This document shows, piece by piece, positions 14,009 to 25,510 of a stretch of 64,000 nt of DNA (its first letter is position 1; each line of letters starts with the position of its first letter). The notes below the pieces were generated by a model. It had not been told where the DNA came from. It did no database searches and worked only from the letters and a program-made list of their open reading frames with translations. Position numbers and translations under genes: made by a program. The DNA is from Trichoplax sp. H2 (taxonomy: Eukaryota): positions 62,001 to 126,000 of the forward strand of contig NOWV01000164.1 of the NCBI GenBank assembly GCA_003344405.1, in the 5' to 3' direction.

Positions 14009-17000
14009 AGCAGTTCAATGCAATAGAACCTTTAAAACATAATCGGTTTCTTAAGTTGATATAGTCAAACTTGACCTGTCAAACTTAGACTGCAACCATG
14101 ACTGGAATCCTTCTATGCTACATCAAACGATAAAAACCGTTTAAGATCATCTTAGATATACACATAGCTGTGCATGTATATATATACGGTATGTAATATC
14201 CTTTGATAGGGTAGCCATATCCAATTTTCCATGTTATGACAAGTTTGTAAAATTTGATGTAGATCCATTATGCACTGGCATTATTTTGTTAGTTTGATAT
14301 CAGTGTTAAGCATTAATTGAAAATATAATAGTAGATTAGTCAATCTTGTAATATAATTGTGGGTAATGCTCGCCATTTTACCCTTTGTTAGAAGGAAACT
14401 TAACGAATTTTCTGCTCTATTACAGTATGTGACTGTGTTGTAGGCAATAGTCGTACTTGTTTCATTGATGTTGTTGAATAAAATTGACTAGCGTATTATT
14501 GGACACTTTATTTAGTAATGTTTGCTAATTGATGTGAGTAAACCTTAATGAATCAAGTCAAGGTGTTTTCATCAGCATTCACGATGGCAAAATGGCCATT
14601 TGTTGAGGACTGCTATTCGTACTATGCCTGATAATTTGATGAGCATTTTGAAGTTTTACTCTTCAATTTTAACATTCTATGAAATATCATTATCATGGAT
14701 CAGTTTACACTTGCTCGAAGTTATAGATTTAATTTAAAAATGCGCTCAAATGATTTGGAATCATGCTATCCTAGTACAGTACATGAATTGAAGCTAGTAG
14801 TTCCAGTTATCGCTTTCAAATATCGCTATAGTTGCATCATATTCAATAAAATGCAATACTGAACTAACAACATGATTTATATGTGTCTGTATGCATTTCA
14901 ATGATACGATCAAATCGGATATTGACATCAGTCATGATTACTTCTTGTCAATACAATTGTCTGTTTGGATCAAGGTTCAAGTTTGAACCAGGCAGGCATG
15001 ATACAGACCTTTCGGCAAGTTAAGACTTCTTATGCGAGCTGCAATACTATAACGTTATGAAATCTTTTCCTTGATAGAAGGATGGGATTTTTATTGGCAT
15101 AAATAACTTGCTAAGTATTAAAGAATTGGCTCATGGCGATCTCTCCATTTCTATAACTATCATAGTACTTTCTTGATTCACTAGTTTCGATAACCCTATA
15201 GCCAACTTTGCATCTACACTATTTTGTAAGTATAAAGTTGTGAATGGTCATATAATTATTTACCTTAAAAGTATTCAATTAATATTCGTCAATAGCCATG
15301 AATTTCTCCATACGGATTGATTGTGTACTTATCTAAAGAAAATGAAAATCAACTCTCATGCCTACTGTACTCTATCTCTCTTCAATTCCATTTATTCGCA
15401 GCTTCAAATGAAATAGCCAATATGAAGAAGAATTCCTTGACGACATAGTAACTGCCCACTTCCACTTTAGTATGGATCAAAGTAGATTATCCTATTGGCA
15501 ATGACTGCACCATTTTCAATGCCTATGAGTTACATCGCCATAGCATTTAGAGTCAGAAGGGAAATCACAACTATAAAAATTTTTCCCTTTCCACCTTTCA
15601 CTCTTGGCCGAAAAGAAACTTGCAAGCTTAGGCGTAAAGTTTATTAGCAGATATCACATAAACTAGGGCTTAATCCCTTATGTTTATAACATTTGAGTAA
15701 GGAATATAATCGCTTCTTGTAGATAGAGTAAAAACTTTGCTTTATAAATCTATACAGTATATAGACAGCTTGATTCTAGGCTTACTTAAAATGTCATTTA
15801 TATTGTGAATAAGCCGTTACTATGGTATCAAAGTATAAAACACGAAATTTATTACTACAATCAAATGTACTCGTGGACATAGCTTTTTACTATCTAATAA
15901 CAGTTCAATTTTCTACTTTATAGAATATGAAACTATACTTCCGTATTCAAAAAGAACACTTTCAGTTTAAAATAGGAATAAATGTGTCTTTAGAGAAACA
16001 TGTTCACCTTTAAAACCTTAGGATTCAATCTAAACTTTAGATATTATAAAAATTGACGGTGTGTTACAGAGTATTTCTTTTAGATGAATACCCGAAATGT
16101 ATCAAAAAAGACCTAAGAAAGTATTGATGAGATTTCGTTTTAATAGCATTGGATTTATTGGGTGGAATGGTATCTATCATGTAGTACTAGTAAAGAAAAC
16201 AGTATGATTTGGGTTAACAGATATTCTACGACCTATATTCTTCATGGAGACGTGGAAAATTCGATTTTCTGGATTTGTAAATTAAAATTGAAAATGTCTA
16301 AGCTGTACAGTAGACAAAGAACGTTCATAGAATATGAGAATGTGAAAGTTTTCCGAAATAATTACATGGATATAAATAAATATTTTTTAATCTAATTAGT
16401 TCTAATCATCAAATTAGACTATTGTTTACATTTTGTTATTGCATTTGAAACAATCATTTTTGCTCATGTTATACAGTATAGTATAGAAGTAATTGTCCGT
16501 TAATAAAACTTGAAAACGATCCATATTAAGTCTTATTTATATTTTCCTAATGTGAATGACTAACCTATAGAAAAATGAAGCCAGGTAAACAAAGAATGAA
16601 TTCTACAGATTTATGTGTATTATTTTCAAGATTGTTAATTAATTGATAATACTTCTCTAATTGCGTAATTTGAAGGTTTAGTACCAGTAGCGCATGCGGC
16701 GAACTGTTAGAAACTTATTGTCTAAGCAGTGACAGATAGCTCTTGAATTGTTTTCAATTTTATCCAATCGCTATTTACTACTCAGTATTATGAACTACTA
16801 CATGTTTTATTATGACTCCTAAGGTAGAAAATCGTAGAGAAATCATATCTGCGATTACAGTTGTACTTGAATCTTGTTTCATACTAATCGTCGTGAAATT
16901 GATTACTCTCTAAAGATAATCTAATTCAATCATCTAGTTTACGTGGCTTAACAGCTTTTGACCGGTGTTCAGAGAAAATCAAAATTAAGCCTTCTCCGAT

Positions 17001-18162
17001 AATTAGATACGCTAATAAAGGTCGTTTGGAAGGCGGAATTTTGTATAGATTTCAGTTGCTTCAGCATTTTAAGGAATTTTTGACTATGCTAAAGCAACTG
17101 AAATTCAATTCTACATATTCAAAAATTAAGTTGATTTGGCTGCAATAATGGCCGTCAAAAAGCCATTATGGCACTTTCCTTGGCCATTAGCGTACGCTGT
17201 ACCCGGTACTAGTTTTAAACTGAACATTTTCTACTGGGTTTGAGTATGAAAGTTTAACTCTACTTTGGGTAGCCATACTCGTACAGTATTCTTCGAACTA
17301 TACTGGAGTAACAAGTTGCCAGCCTATAGGGACTATAGTACTAGAAAGAAAGATTCGAAATGGAAATCTGCAGATCTATCATTTTTCTGGTCGTTCTATA
17401 CTACAACTTTACTGCTGAGAGCGTATACACTATACTCTCACTATACAGTAGAATTAAACCAATCAAAGCAGCTTGTGTGGATGATAATGATGGACGGTGA
17501 CACTCACTGTGTATCGTTTCAGATCTACGTTTCAGCACGGTTTCAGTTGAAGTGGCCAGTCCGTTGAAACAGTAAAACTGATGCGGGTTTTCACTGTAAT
17601 GATAGGATTTGTATGAGTTTGTGGAATGGGACTGTAGAGGGAACGTTACCGTTGACAAGATTAGTATGAGATCTACCGTTACCACTGAAGAGATACACTA
17701 TGACAAATGAAAAACGTTACGACAAAACCATACAGTACAATTTGACCACTTTACAGTATGTCGCGACTGGGCACAATGGGCAGAGAGCAAGCATTTCTCG
17801 GACGGATGTACAACGGATATGCCAGGCAACCTTCAAAAGGAATTGATTGCATCCACGTGGACCTTCACTTCGTTCGCCTTCTGCTGGTAGTTAATTGAGC
17901 TAATCGAGCTCTGCGTTGCAAGTTGAACATGGATCCAGCATGGAGCAGATGAGGATTCTACTTAATCAAGTTAGAATGGTGATACACAATGGAAGGAAAG
18001 TCGCTTGATGTATTGAAGCAAGCTCAAGGTAAAATAGTTTTCAAGTTATGCACAGTAGATGAGTAGAGGTTCGCCTTGTAAGGAAGTTCGGATGACCGAG
18101 CGAGAATCTTATGAGGTGATCGGAAAATTCTGCTTAACACGATTAAACCATGCTAGAATAGT

Positions 18163-18250
18163 AGAATGTCATGATGATAGAGGTAGATTTAGACTAGAGT
18201 CTCTGATCAATAAATATGACGAGTCTACCCTTGGCTGTCTGAAACATTCT
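18163..18250 (+). ncRNA. C/D-box snoRNA, double guide (SNORD52/snR78-type plus SNORD53-type), copy 1
   Basis: Terminal stem AGAATGT/ACATTCT, C box ATGATGA 18171-18177, D' CTGA 18203-18206 preceded by AGACTAGAGTC (antisense to LSU GACUCUAGU), C' ATGACGA, and D CTGA 18239-18242 preceded by CCCTTGGCTGT (antisense to LSU ACAGCCAAGGG). Confidence 0.9.
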
Positions 18251-18616
18251 TGACCTAATAGCTCCAAAGTCGGGTTTCGAGAGATTAGGTTGATTTGTCT
18301 AGGTAGTAGTGGCTGATCGACAATTTCAGTTTGATGCCATGTATTACGTTGAGTAAGAATGTTTGCAATAAGGGCGTTGCAATTTTATTTCTTTAATGTA
18401 GTGGCAGTGAAGATGGTCCTGGATGGGCGATACTGAAAGGAAGCGTCGGATAAATGGGAGCGAGAATTGGGTATTTTCCGGGATCAATTCTATTTCATGG
18501 ACCAACCAATGGAATTGACCCATTTTCCGATGGCGTGCTTGCCATGTTGTATGCGGTAAGTTACAACGGCAAAGAACATCGAGATGCAGCTCAAATTTGA
18601 CACTAGCTTAGTGTAG

Positions 18617-18745
18617 GATCATTGATGACACAAGATGACGATCTGAAATCATGTTACTTACTTTAGCACGATCGAAATTCTTTCGCTTGGCTAAAACGTA
18701 ACTATGATTTGTTTTGATGGACATTCGAGGCATTTGTCTGAGATC
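18617..18745 (+). ncRNA. SNORD15: C/D-box snoRNA U15 (SNORD15), copy 1
   Basis: GATC/GATC terminal stem, C box TTGATGA, D' guide AGATGACGA-T-CTGA, long internal hairpin and D guide CGAGGCATTTG-T-CTGA. Both guides are antisense to LSU CAAAUGCCUCGUCAUCU, the same architecture as vertebrate U15. Confidence 0.9.
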
Positions 18746-19468
18746 ATCTTGCTACATTGATATAGATTATAAGTAACACTGGATAATTATCATATATATA
18801 TGAAATTAGTATACACAACATTTGATATAATATATAGTTGGAAATGCACTGTACAATTTTCACGTCATTGCCGTGGTTTGCATCACCGACTGCAGTTCTT
18901 CTTTTGCTAGTCCTAGCTCTTACAGTAGAATTAACGATTATGATGTATTTTCCCTTTTAGCTTTCTTTGACGGCGTTGGAACTGAGAAAATGGAAATAAG
19001 ATGTGATCCGCCGTTACCATGCAGAGGTCTATACTCCTCATCCACCATTTGACTAGCATAATATGGCGTAAGTCTGAGATATTCTGTACACAGTGATTAC
19101 GTGTATGAAAACGCCCTTTTCAGCCATAATTTAGCCACCATTCGTGTGTAATAGTGCTGCTGCAAACATTATGAATAACATTACAGGAAGTAGGTGTATC
19201 GGTTGGAATACTTTAGCCTTGACTGCGTTAATATACACTTTTATATCGTACCAGTTATGACTATATATTGTATCATGCAGTAATTATTTAGCTATCTGTA
19301 ATACAAGGCGGTTAATACTTTTTAATGGCATGATGCCGCAGGGACTACCGTACTTAGTATTTTAACCAGGCAGTAGTGGGTATAGGACCTAGTCAGGGCG
19401 TCTGCTAAAGAAAACCTTAAAAACAAAATACGTTCTCCAAAACTATATTCCATAATAGCAACGATACA

Positions 19469-19559
19469 AAGAATGCGATGATGATTAAGGTAGATTTAGA
19501 CTAGAGTCTCTGATCTTCTACTATGACGATTCTACCCTTGGCTGTCTGAATGCATTCTT
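19469..19559 (+). ncRNA. C/D-box snoRNA, double guide (SNORD52/snR78-type plus SNORD53-type), copy 2
   Basis: Stem AAGAATGC/GCATTCTT, C box ATGATGA 19478-19484, guides identical to copy 1 (TAGACTAGAGTCT-CTGA and CCCTTGGCTGT-CTGA, D box 19546-19549). Spacer sequences have diverged. Confidence 0.9.
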
Positions 19560-20014
19560 AACGACACGGCCAGTCTGCAGTATGCACTACAGGACTGACA
19601 GTCTGTATTTGCTGCTACAGATCGCGATGTGGCTGTTCAACTTGCTATGTAGTTATGCAATTTATCCCTACAAATGTAGAATTAAAGATGAGTAACTGTA
19701 ATGGTCTCGTCATATTAGCCACCTGCTGGACTGTACTACTACAATTAGCTGAGATCAGGACAGTAACCTCCAATCTTCAAAATTGTTAGTTAATTCATAA
19801 TTTCCTTGAATGTTACATTTTGTAGGAATCTTTGTTGCATTCCTTAAAACATGAATGGAAGGCTACAAAATGATATTCCAGAACATTGTTGAATTTTGTG
19901 GAATAACGATTGCGACGGTAATGGATAGAACAGTCTTAAAACGTGTTCTCATTAAGTGAACGGTTAATTTCGATCAGATAAAACTGTGATAATTTCGTCT
20001 TTTAGCTTTGTTTG

Positions 20015-20147
20015 TGATCGTTGATGACACAAGATGACGAGTCTGAAATCATGTTACTTACTTTAGCACGATCGAAATTCTTTCGCTTGAGCTAAATCGT
20101 AGCCATGATCTGGTTTGATGTACATTCGAGGCATTTGTCTGAGATCA
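20015..20147 (+). ncRNA. SNORD15: C/D-box snoRNA U15 (SNORD15), copy 2
   Basis: TGATC/GATCA stem, C box TTGATGA, D' guide AGATGACGAG-T-CTGA and D guide CGAGGCATTTG-T-CTGA (D box 20139-20142). Highly similar to 18617-18745. Confidence 0.92.
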
Positions 20148-23100
20148 TATGTTGACGTTAATTAATTAAGGATTGATCAGAAGTTTTGTACAGTCTGTAA
20201 AGAGACGACTAAAGATTCTCAATTAATTACCGTAATTGTTGTTATGATGATGTTTACAGTTTACAACTTTTGTCGCTTTGTATTAGGTTTATGGATATTA
20301 ACTGAAACCATATCTTCCGTAGCAACAATGGTGATTTTCTGTCCACCACGTCAGGGTCTGTTCTTCCGATTGGCCACTGAATTGTTTTGCAAACATATAA
20401 TGAACGAAACAGTCTGTAATATAACAATGCGATTATACCCTTGTAAATAAATTTATAGTAGGCAGAAAAACTTGGCTTCTGCTCTAAATTGTAGAAGTCT
20501 AGATCATCAGCTGTTGTGCTTTAGTTAAGGACTGATTGCTGGCTATCGTAGCTATTAACGTATAAATATATTGGGTCTATTTTGACTTTGTTATTCTAAT
20601 TTAATTTTAATTGCCTTACTGCTGTTTCAATGCATCTTGCTAAACCACGAAGAAATATAATATCAACCATGTTGTATCGGTACGATAACTTCTGTTAAAA
20701 TTCTTAGCAAAGATTTTTTATCGATGATTGGAGTTAATTTTTATCTCGTGAAAATACCATATGCAAATACTATTTCTTGCCGACGTGTTTTATCTAACTC
20801 ATTACTTAATAAATTCAGTAATGAAAGTCTCCCGAAATGATTTACTTATTGATATGACGGTTAAGATATTTTCTTAAAATTTACGAATATTTATAGACAT
20901 CCACTGCTTAATAGCAATTTTCTTAGTAATAATGGAGACTTTTAGACCTCACTATTTAGTTCTCCAATGAATGAATTACTCCTCAATCTAACATTTTCAA
21001 CGCTTCTGTACATTATCGCTCACAGTTTGGATGCTATGCTTTCGTTGTCACCATATTTTTATTTTAATACATGACATATCATGCCAATACGTAATTTAAT
21101 TCTCTATTTTAACTCGCATTGATCGTAGAGCTAGTGGAAGTGCTGCTTTATTACTCTAGATAATACAATACGCGTATTTCGTTTCCCTAGATGCAAACAA
21201 CTGTAACATTACTGTATAATTCCAGGGTAAATCTTGATGCCAAAAGATACGGTTAAGATTGTCTTGTGATACTAGTACTGAACCTCCTCGATCCAATTAT
21301 TTTTTACAGATTCATTTCCAAAATTTATATCAGCCCAGCTGAATGATCAAATTGATTAACTTTTGATACCGAGCATATTTTAAAATTGCGAAGTATTTGC
21401 CACAATAATTTCCTGAATTATTGCATCTAACTTTATTACACACTGAAATATTAGAAATTACTTAATTCAAGTACGGTATTCATACTCATTTATAGATTTC
21501 ACTAATATTACAATTATCGACTTTCATCGAGCGTGATTGCAGAGTACAGTATGTAGACATTCCGTATTTAAAGCAGGATCAAAAAATTTATTGACTAATG
21601 CATTAAAATAAGACATGTTGAATAAATGTGAGAACTGCCGTTGATAGGTAGTAATGGAAATTATATGACAATGTGAAGCAGTAATGAAGTGACGATAGAT
21701 TATATTAATGCCTGCTTAATGATTAACTATGATTGGTTAATAGTTTGTTATATTGGAATATTGTTACGTAACCTTTATACTTTAGGCTTACATGAGTTAG
21801 TATGAGAGACTCAAAGATTTATATTGGAAAACCGCGCAGAGCCAATTTTGTATGAAATTTGTAAAGATAGATGCTAGTTAGAGATATCTTAAGGCAGTCG
21901 CCTGCCACATATTTTACTGCTTCTGTTGCATTTAGATCTACTCGCGAACCTTTTAATTAATACATGCAATAAGTAAAACTATTACCCGAATCTATTAATT
22001 AAAGTTAATTTTGGAATAACAACAGTAGGTCTAATAGTAGGGATTATTACAGTGATCAATCTACGAAATCGAATCTATGTATCTGATTTAAAAATTACTT
22101 CAGCGATATTCATAGTGATAAAATAGAGACAGCTGCTATTCCAGTTCATTGTGAACCAATACAGACAGCGATAGATATCACTTGCTGTTGCTAAGAGCTC
22201 TAGATATAGAGCAGCTGAATATTACGACATAGCACGACGATAGCAGTTGTTGGTGAGTTCTTGTAGTCATAGATTAGGGAATAAATTTTAAATGTTAAAA
22301 AGTAACATTTTTTATAAATTTATTTTTAATAAAGAGATAAAACTGTAGATTTATAATTCATGTTGTAATCTTCTTTTAAATACAAATATCTTTTAATAGG
22401 ATAATACAAAAAAGTATTGATGGTGCACCTTATTAAATCTAGGGGGTATTAATTTCCCTAGTACGATAGATAATACACCAGGTTTAGTTAATCGATCTAC
22501 AGTTCATGAAATATACTGTAAGTTATTGAATGAAGAGAGACTTAGCTAGGTTTGATTTCTCAGTAGTTCAAAATTCCAATAAATAAAGAAAGTATAAGTT
22601 GTTGTTTGAAGAAATGAAAAATAAACAGTGATTAACAAAATACTTATAAAAATTACCTACAACTAAGGCATTTATCTTCAGTTCCTACATGCTAGCTAAT
22701 TTGCCAACTAAGTACCAAAACTTTAATTACTCATTTTTAAATGAAATTATCATTAGATTAATTGGTAAATTTACACGGATGTGTACCTTCTCTAATTGGA
22801 TTAGCCATAATTTATTTTTATTTTATTTTACAATTGCATGGAACAGCTCTTTGATGAGTTTAAAATTTAACTTACCAAAATTAATTTTCCAATTTAATGC
22901 TACATCTAGCCTGATTTGATTAAGCAACGATATTTGCTTTGCGGCATCTTTGGCGTTTAGCTTCAATTCTGATCTTAGCGATTGTAATTCGTCTAATCCG
23001 CTTCCCATTATGGCGTTGCAAAATATATAATAGTCGACGTCGTCAGTCCTATTGAGCATTTCCCATAATGCAATATTTCATTCACTTTTTAGTTGCAAGG

Positions 23101-24052
23101 CATCAATTTCTTTAATTTTTTGCGCTTAAAATTCCTTTCGAGTATAATTGTTGTTTTATTTTGTCATATGGATTACAGATTAAAAATTCTTGACGATAAA
23201 ACTTTAATTTATTTTGCTGCACTTCACAAAATGGTAGAGGGCTTGATAAAATTTGCACCAGAAATAGAAAATAATCGATTAGTGAGAGAATTTTTGAAAT
23301 ACAACTAGCGTACATGTTACAGATGAATCTTGTTTAGAACTAAATTATAGTTTTAAGATGTAATTGATACTGGTTATAAATTTAAATCTAGAAATATCCA
23401 AACGTTGTTAGCTGACGGTTACAGGGTTAAACTGGAGGTAGATTGCATTTTAAATAGAGCTGAGCTTCTACATTTACGTAATCGTTGAAATAGCAACGAA
23501 CGTTAGATCAACTTGGCGACTACAGATTAATTTAATTTTCTTTGCAGTACGGTAGCAAGTGCGGAGAGTTGGTGTCGGAATATTGCTCATTTTGTTGCAG
23601 TAAATATATCATGATCATTTGTTATCATAAAGTCTGGTAATTATATCAGCAACTTTACAAATACTTATAAAGAAATTGTATCAGTACTGGCATTAAAAAT
23701 TATCTTGAAGATGCCATAGAATCGAGAGGTAATTACTCAAGAATAGAGCAACGATGTAGACATTTTATAGCCACGAATTAACCTTTAGAAAGTTAGTACA
23801 AACTGTAATTGCTTTTAGATGAAAAAATAGCACTACGTAGATGTAAAAGATATATTTTTGTAATTAAAAACATCTTTGATTTTGCTGATATGCAGCTATT
23901 GCCTTTAGAAAATTTTCGAAAACAATGCGATTTATACAGATTTACAGGATGTGTCTTTACGATCAAACTTAATTCAACGGATTTGTTTCTTTAATACAGT
24001 CAATAAGTCATTTTGCGAATACAAATATGTTCACTTCAGAAAATGAACTCAC

Positions 24053-24739
24053 CATCTTCATATATTAACCATTTACGTGGCCTATCGTAGCCATCTTCTT
24101 CAGAGCTGGAATGATTTCTTTTTCTTTTATTGTCAAAAGTTGAAGATGGCGACGCAATAAGCGCATGGGAGCCAAGTTTCGAACTATTCCTGCAGCTAGA
24201 ATCATCTACAGTAGATCGATATCCGCCTTCATCTCCTAAAGAAAAATAATATGAAATGATCACGATATTTAGATTTTAATGGTAGATATGGGTTGATACG
24301 ATTTGAATGCACTTAAACGAAAAAAATACTCATGTATGTGATATAAACTTAGTATTCGCAATTCAGGTATAGTGTACTAAAGTTGAAATGAAGAAGTTTC
24401 TAATACTATAAATACGCGTACCTAATTTGGAAATAGATAAATTTAAAGACCCAGGACAAATTTGATTGCCTTCTAATGCACTCAGTTCAGGACTATTGTC
24501 ATTCAATTCCTTGGATTTCGCTATTACCATTGGTGTTACATCTTTCATAATCACAGGCAAGTAAAAAGCTACTATTATTTTTAGTATAGTTATGGTAAAC
24601 TGATAATAAATCTAATATAATATCAAAGCATGCTTATTTTTCCTTAAAAGCAAATTGGGCAGCAAACTATGTATATGTTATATATATACACGGAAATTAC
24701 CGTCAAAATTATTTTCGAAAGAATCATGTCCTTTTCCTG
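24053..24739 (-). CDS. Three small phase-1 exons (24739-24701, 24541-24422, 24235-24053) encoding a Ser-rich, probably disordered segment; likely the 3' continuation of the Roc-COR exon
   Basis: Each exon has AG/GT boundaries, a length divisible by 3 (39, 120, 183 nt) and an open frame: AGKGHDSFENNFD|DVTPMVIAKSKELNDNSPEL...|GDEGGYRSTVDD...KRKRNHSSSEEDGYDRPRKWLIYED. Confidence 0.6.
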
Positions 24740-25510
24740 CTGTTTGAAAATTATACAAAGAAGTAATCAACTTAATCACAAACTACATGATTAGTACGAC
24801 AAAATTGGTTTACAATTTCAAAAACACTATGATGTTAATAGCTGGAGAATAGCCCTGCGTAGCTAAATATCGGAGTGTACATTGTAAATTGTCGATCAAC
24901 TATTTAGTTATATTTAGCAAAGCGTTATTACTGACTGACTGTAAACCGTACCGGTAATGCTTGGAGATACTGTACTTCGCTAGATTATCGATGTTCAAAA
25001 GTAGCAGAGTACTGATCTACAGTACTCTATATATCTATTAATGATAGAGATAAATATAGACGACTAGTTCACATATTGACTAATTAATAAATAGTCACGG
25101 CAGTCTGTTGTACCGTAGGTAGAGAATAATAATAATTGCAGAATTACAGTAGATGTTACCGAGACTGTAATTTCGCAGAAGTTTATATAGCTGATTATAG
25201 TAATTTAGTCTTAAAATTCTGGCTAGAATGGAATATCACTGTGCAGGTTGTTGCTATAAAAAGTTTATGAGTTTACAATTTTAGATGATTTGGTAGTGCT
25301 TTCTAAGATTTTCTAGATATTATATTTTATTTATTACTGCAAACTCAAAAATATGTCTGTGTACTGCCTCACTACTGAGTATCCTCAATCAATAGTTTTA
25401 AAACTCTTATTCGCACAGCATAGTGTACGAATTTGGCTAGTTTATGTTATACACGCGTAAAAAGTTTGTTTGATAATTATCATGCAACTAACTCTTAACT
25501 CACTAAAAAG

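Larger units (their letters stand above)
17380..20451 (+). ncRNA. Putative non-protein-coding spliced snoRNA host gene (SNHG/GAS5/UHG-like); 5' end uncertain
   Basis: Relatively GC-richer short exon-like blocks flanked by splice sites (e.g. 17757-18028, 18402-18555, 18961-19067, 19826-19917, last exon from 20260), AATAAA at 20446-20451, and four snoRNAs inside the introns. Exon 18402-18555 has stops in all three frames. Confidence 0.65.

Noticed and set aside
17265-18253. Short ORFs of 100, 94 and 64 aa in the ORF track
   Set aside because: No recognisable motifs. They cross predicted splice sites or overlap a snoRNA.
18251-19430. Hairpins at ~18252-18290, ~19095-19152 and ~19310-19368 as possible H/ACA snoRNAs
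   Set aside because: I could not find correctly placed H (ANANNA) and ACA boxes.
18160-20150. rRNA gene fragments suggested by LSU-complementary words
   Set aside because: The matches are only 10-12-nt antisense segments directly before CTGA boxes, which makes them snoRNA guides rather than rDNA.
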